The position numbers and the translations under genes were made by a program. The notes under the pieces were generated by a model that was not told the DNA's origin, did no database searches, and saw only the letters and a program-made list of their open reading frames with translations. From an uncultured Nitrososphaerota archaeon (lineage in GTDB: Archaea; Asgardarchaeota; Njordarchaeia; Njordarchaeales; Njordarchaeaceae), in contig CAZFGR010000011.1 in NCBI GenBank assembly GCA_964518475.1, positions 1 through 60,953 of the forward strand: a stretch of DNA of 60,953 nucleotides, read 5' to 3'. Position 1 is the stretch's first letter. The number at the start of each line of letters is the position of its first letter. Below, in pieces: positions 60,628-60,953 of this stretch.

Positions 60628-60953
60628 TAAGATCACCAAGCATAATCAAGATTTTGATTGAAGTAAAAGTGGTAGTTTCTCCTAATATAAGTTACCATTT
60701 TCTCTCTTGAATATTTTGAAAATAGAGACCTTGCGAAGTGGCTCATTACTATTTTTCTTTAAACTTAAGTATAACAGCGTTATTTTTAGACTAATCAAAC
60801 GTTTGTGATCCTACTGAGCCTGAGTAACCCATTGATTTCATGGTTAATAATTGTTAAAAAGGCCAAAAAAGATGTATAGGGCTTAGATACCGGCTAACAA
60901 TAGTCTCAGAACTTAGAGCTAGAAAATAGTCTGGGAGGGGAAGGGATGGGGGA

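Noticed and set aside
60930-60953. G-rich tract at the window end (possible structured RNA end or G-quadruplex)
   Set aside because: Truncated by the window edge; cannot be interpreted

Overview
This is a compact, AT-rich archaeal chromosomal segment of about 60 protein genes. GTG/TTG starts and GGTGA/GGAG Shine-Dalgarno motifs are frequent, and convergent 3' overlaps are common. A single-domain gelsolin-like protein and a longin-like/winged-helix protein, alongside a TACK-like housekeeping set (eS25, ThermoDBP/DUF2258, Cbf5), suggest an Asgard archaeon; this is inference. Housekeeping content covers RNA modification (Trm5, Taw2-like, METTL5, Cbf5, ThiI), ArgRS, NucS, 2-oxoacid:ferredoxin oxidoreductase, sugar-phosphate genes and IP kinase. 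Five observations go beyond the ORF track. (1) At least six box C/D guide sRNAs sit in intergenic gaps. (2) A tRNA-Ala(UGC) carries A3:U70 instead of the near-universal G3.U70 identity pair. (3) A minus-strand operon encodes a membrane protein, a MinD/ParA-type ATPase and a longin-WH protein; the last two genes have their conserved N-termini upstream of the called starts and appear to initiate at ATA. (4) The GlmS homologue lacks its glutaminase catalytic residues. (5) An uncharacterised operon of cytoplasmic beta-propeller, helical proteins and a CPBP protease is followed by an orphan restriction-modification specificity domain. No CRISPR array, transposase or integrase was seen. Family assignments are from motif recognition only; no searches were run.
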